From a virus (Duplodnaviria > Caudoviricetes), in IMG/VR virus record IMGVR_UViG_3300022178_002680, positions 1-33,754 of that record: a stretch of DNA of 33,754 bases; one strand, 5' to 3'. Positions 33,706 to 33,754 of this stretch are shown in pieces. How positions within the stretch are numbered: position 1 is the stretch's first letter; each line of letters starts with the position of its first letter. Made by a program: the position numbers and the translations under genes. Below the pieces are notes generated by a model. It was not told where the DNA came from, did no database searches, and saw only the letters and a program-made list of their open reading frames with translations.

Positions 33706-33754
33706 TACAGTGTTACCTTACTATCGCAATCAATTACTCTATACTCGTACATCT

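Noticed and set aside
33705-33754. 3' end of an upstream - strand ORF, possibly gene 4
   Set aside because: Only about 15 codons visible and no recognisable motif
1-33754. tRNA genes, introns/inteins, stop-codon recoding
   Set aside because: No cloverleaf recognised in intergenic gaps; core genes appear full length and uninterrupted under the standard code; a covariance-model scan would be needed to exclude small RNAs

Overview
A 33.7-kb segment of a large lytic T4-like myovirus genome, probably marine and infecting a Gram-negative host (two-component spanins, phoH, glyA, cobS, heme-oxygenase-like gene). The + strand carries glyA, spanins, glutaredoxin, a glycosyltransferase, rnh, a HAD nucleotidase, phoH, a PAAR protein, a PD-(D/E)XK nuclease, a denV-like glycosylase, a peptidase-vWA/MoxR-AAA pair, a cell-wall hydrolase and a P-loop kinase. 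These are followed by a hypervariable block of small genes behind repeated sigma70 promoter-leader cassettes, then the T4 core dsbA-33-59-32. A convergent - strand tail block encodes gp2, gp54-like, gp26, gp51, a membrane protein and a probable tape measure. About 21 TTGAC(A/T)-N16/17-TATAAT promoters and six T4 late promoters (TATAAATA) are visible. Most notable: (1) an apparent SD-stimulated -1 frameshift fusing gp26 to the start-less gp51 ORF upstream of the tape measure (lambda G/GT-like); (2) late genes with T4 capsid-targeting-like N-termini, including a zeta-like kinase; (3) repeated promoter-leader cassettes with evidence of cargo swapping; (4) heme oxygenase and glycosyltransferase homologues lacking key catalytic residues. 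All family calls come from motif recognition by eye; no searches were run. No tRNA, rRNA or CRISPR array was recognised.
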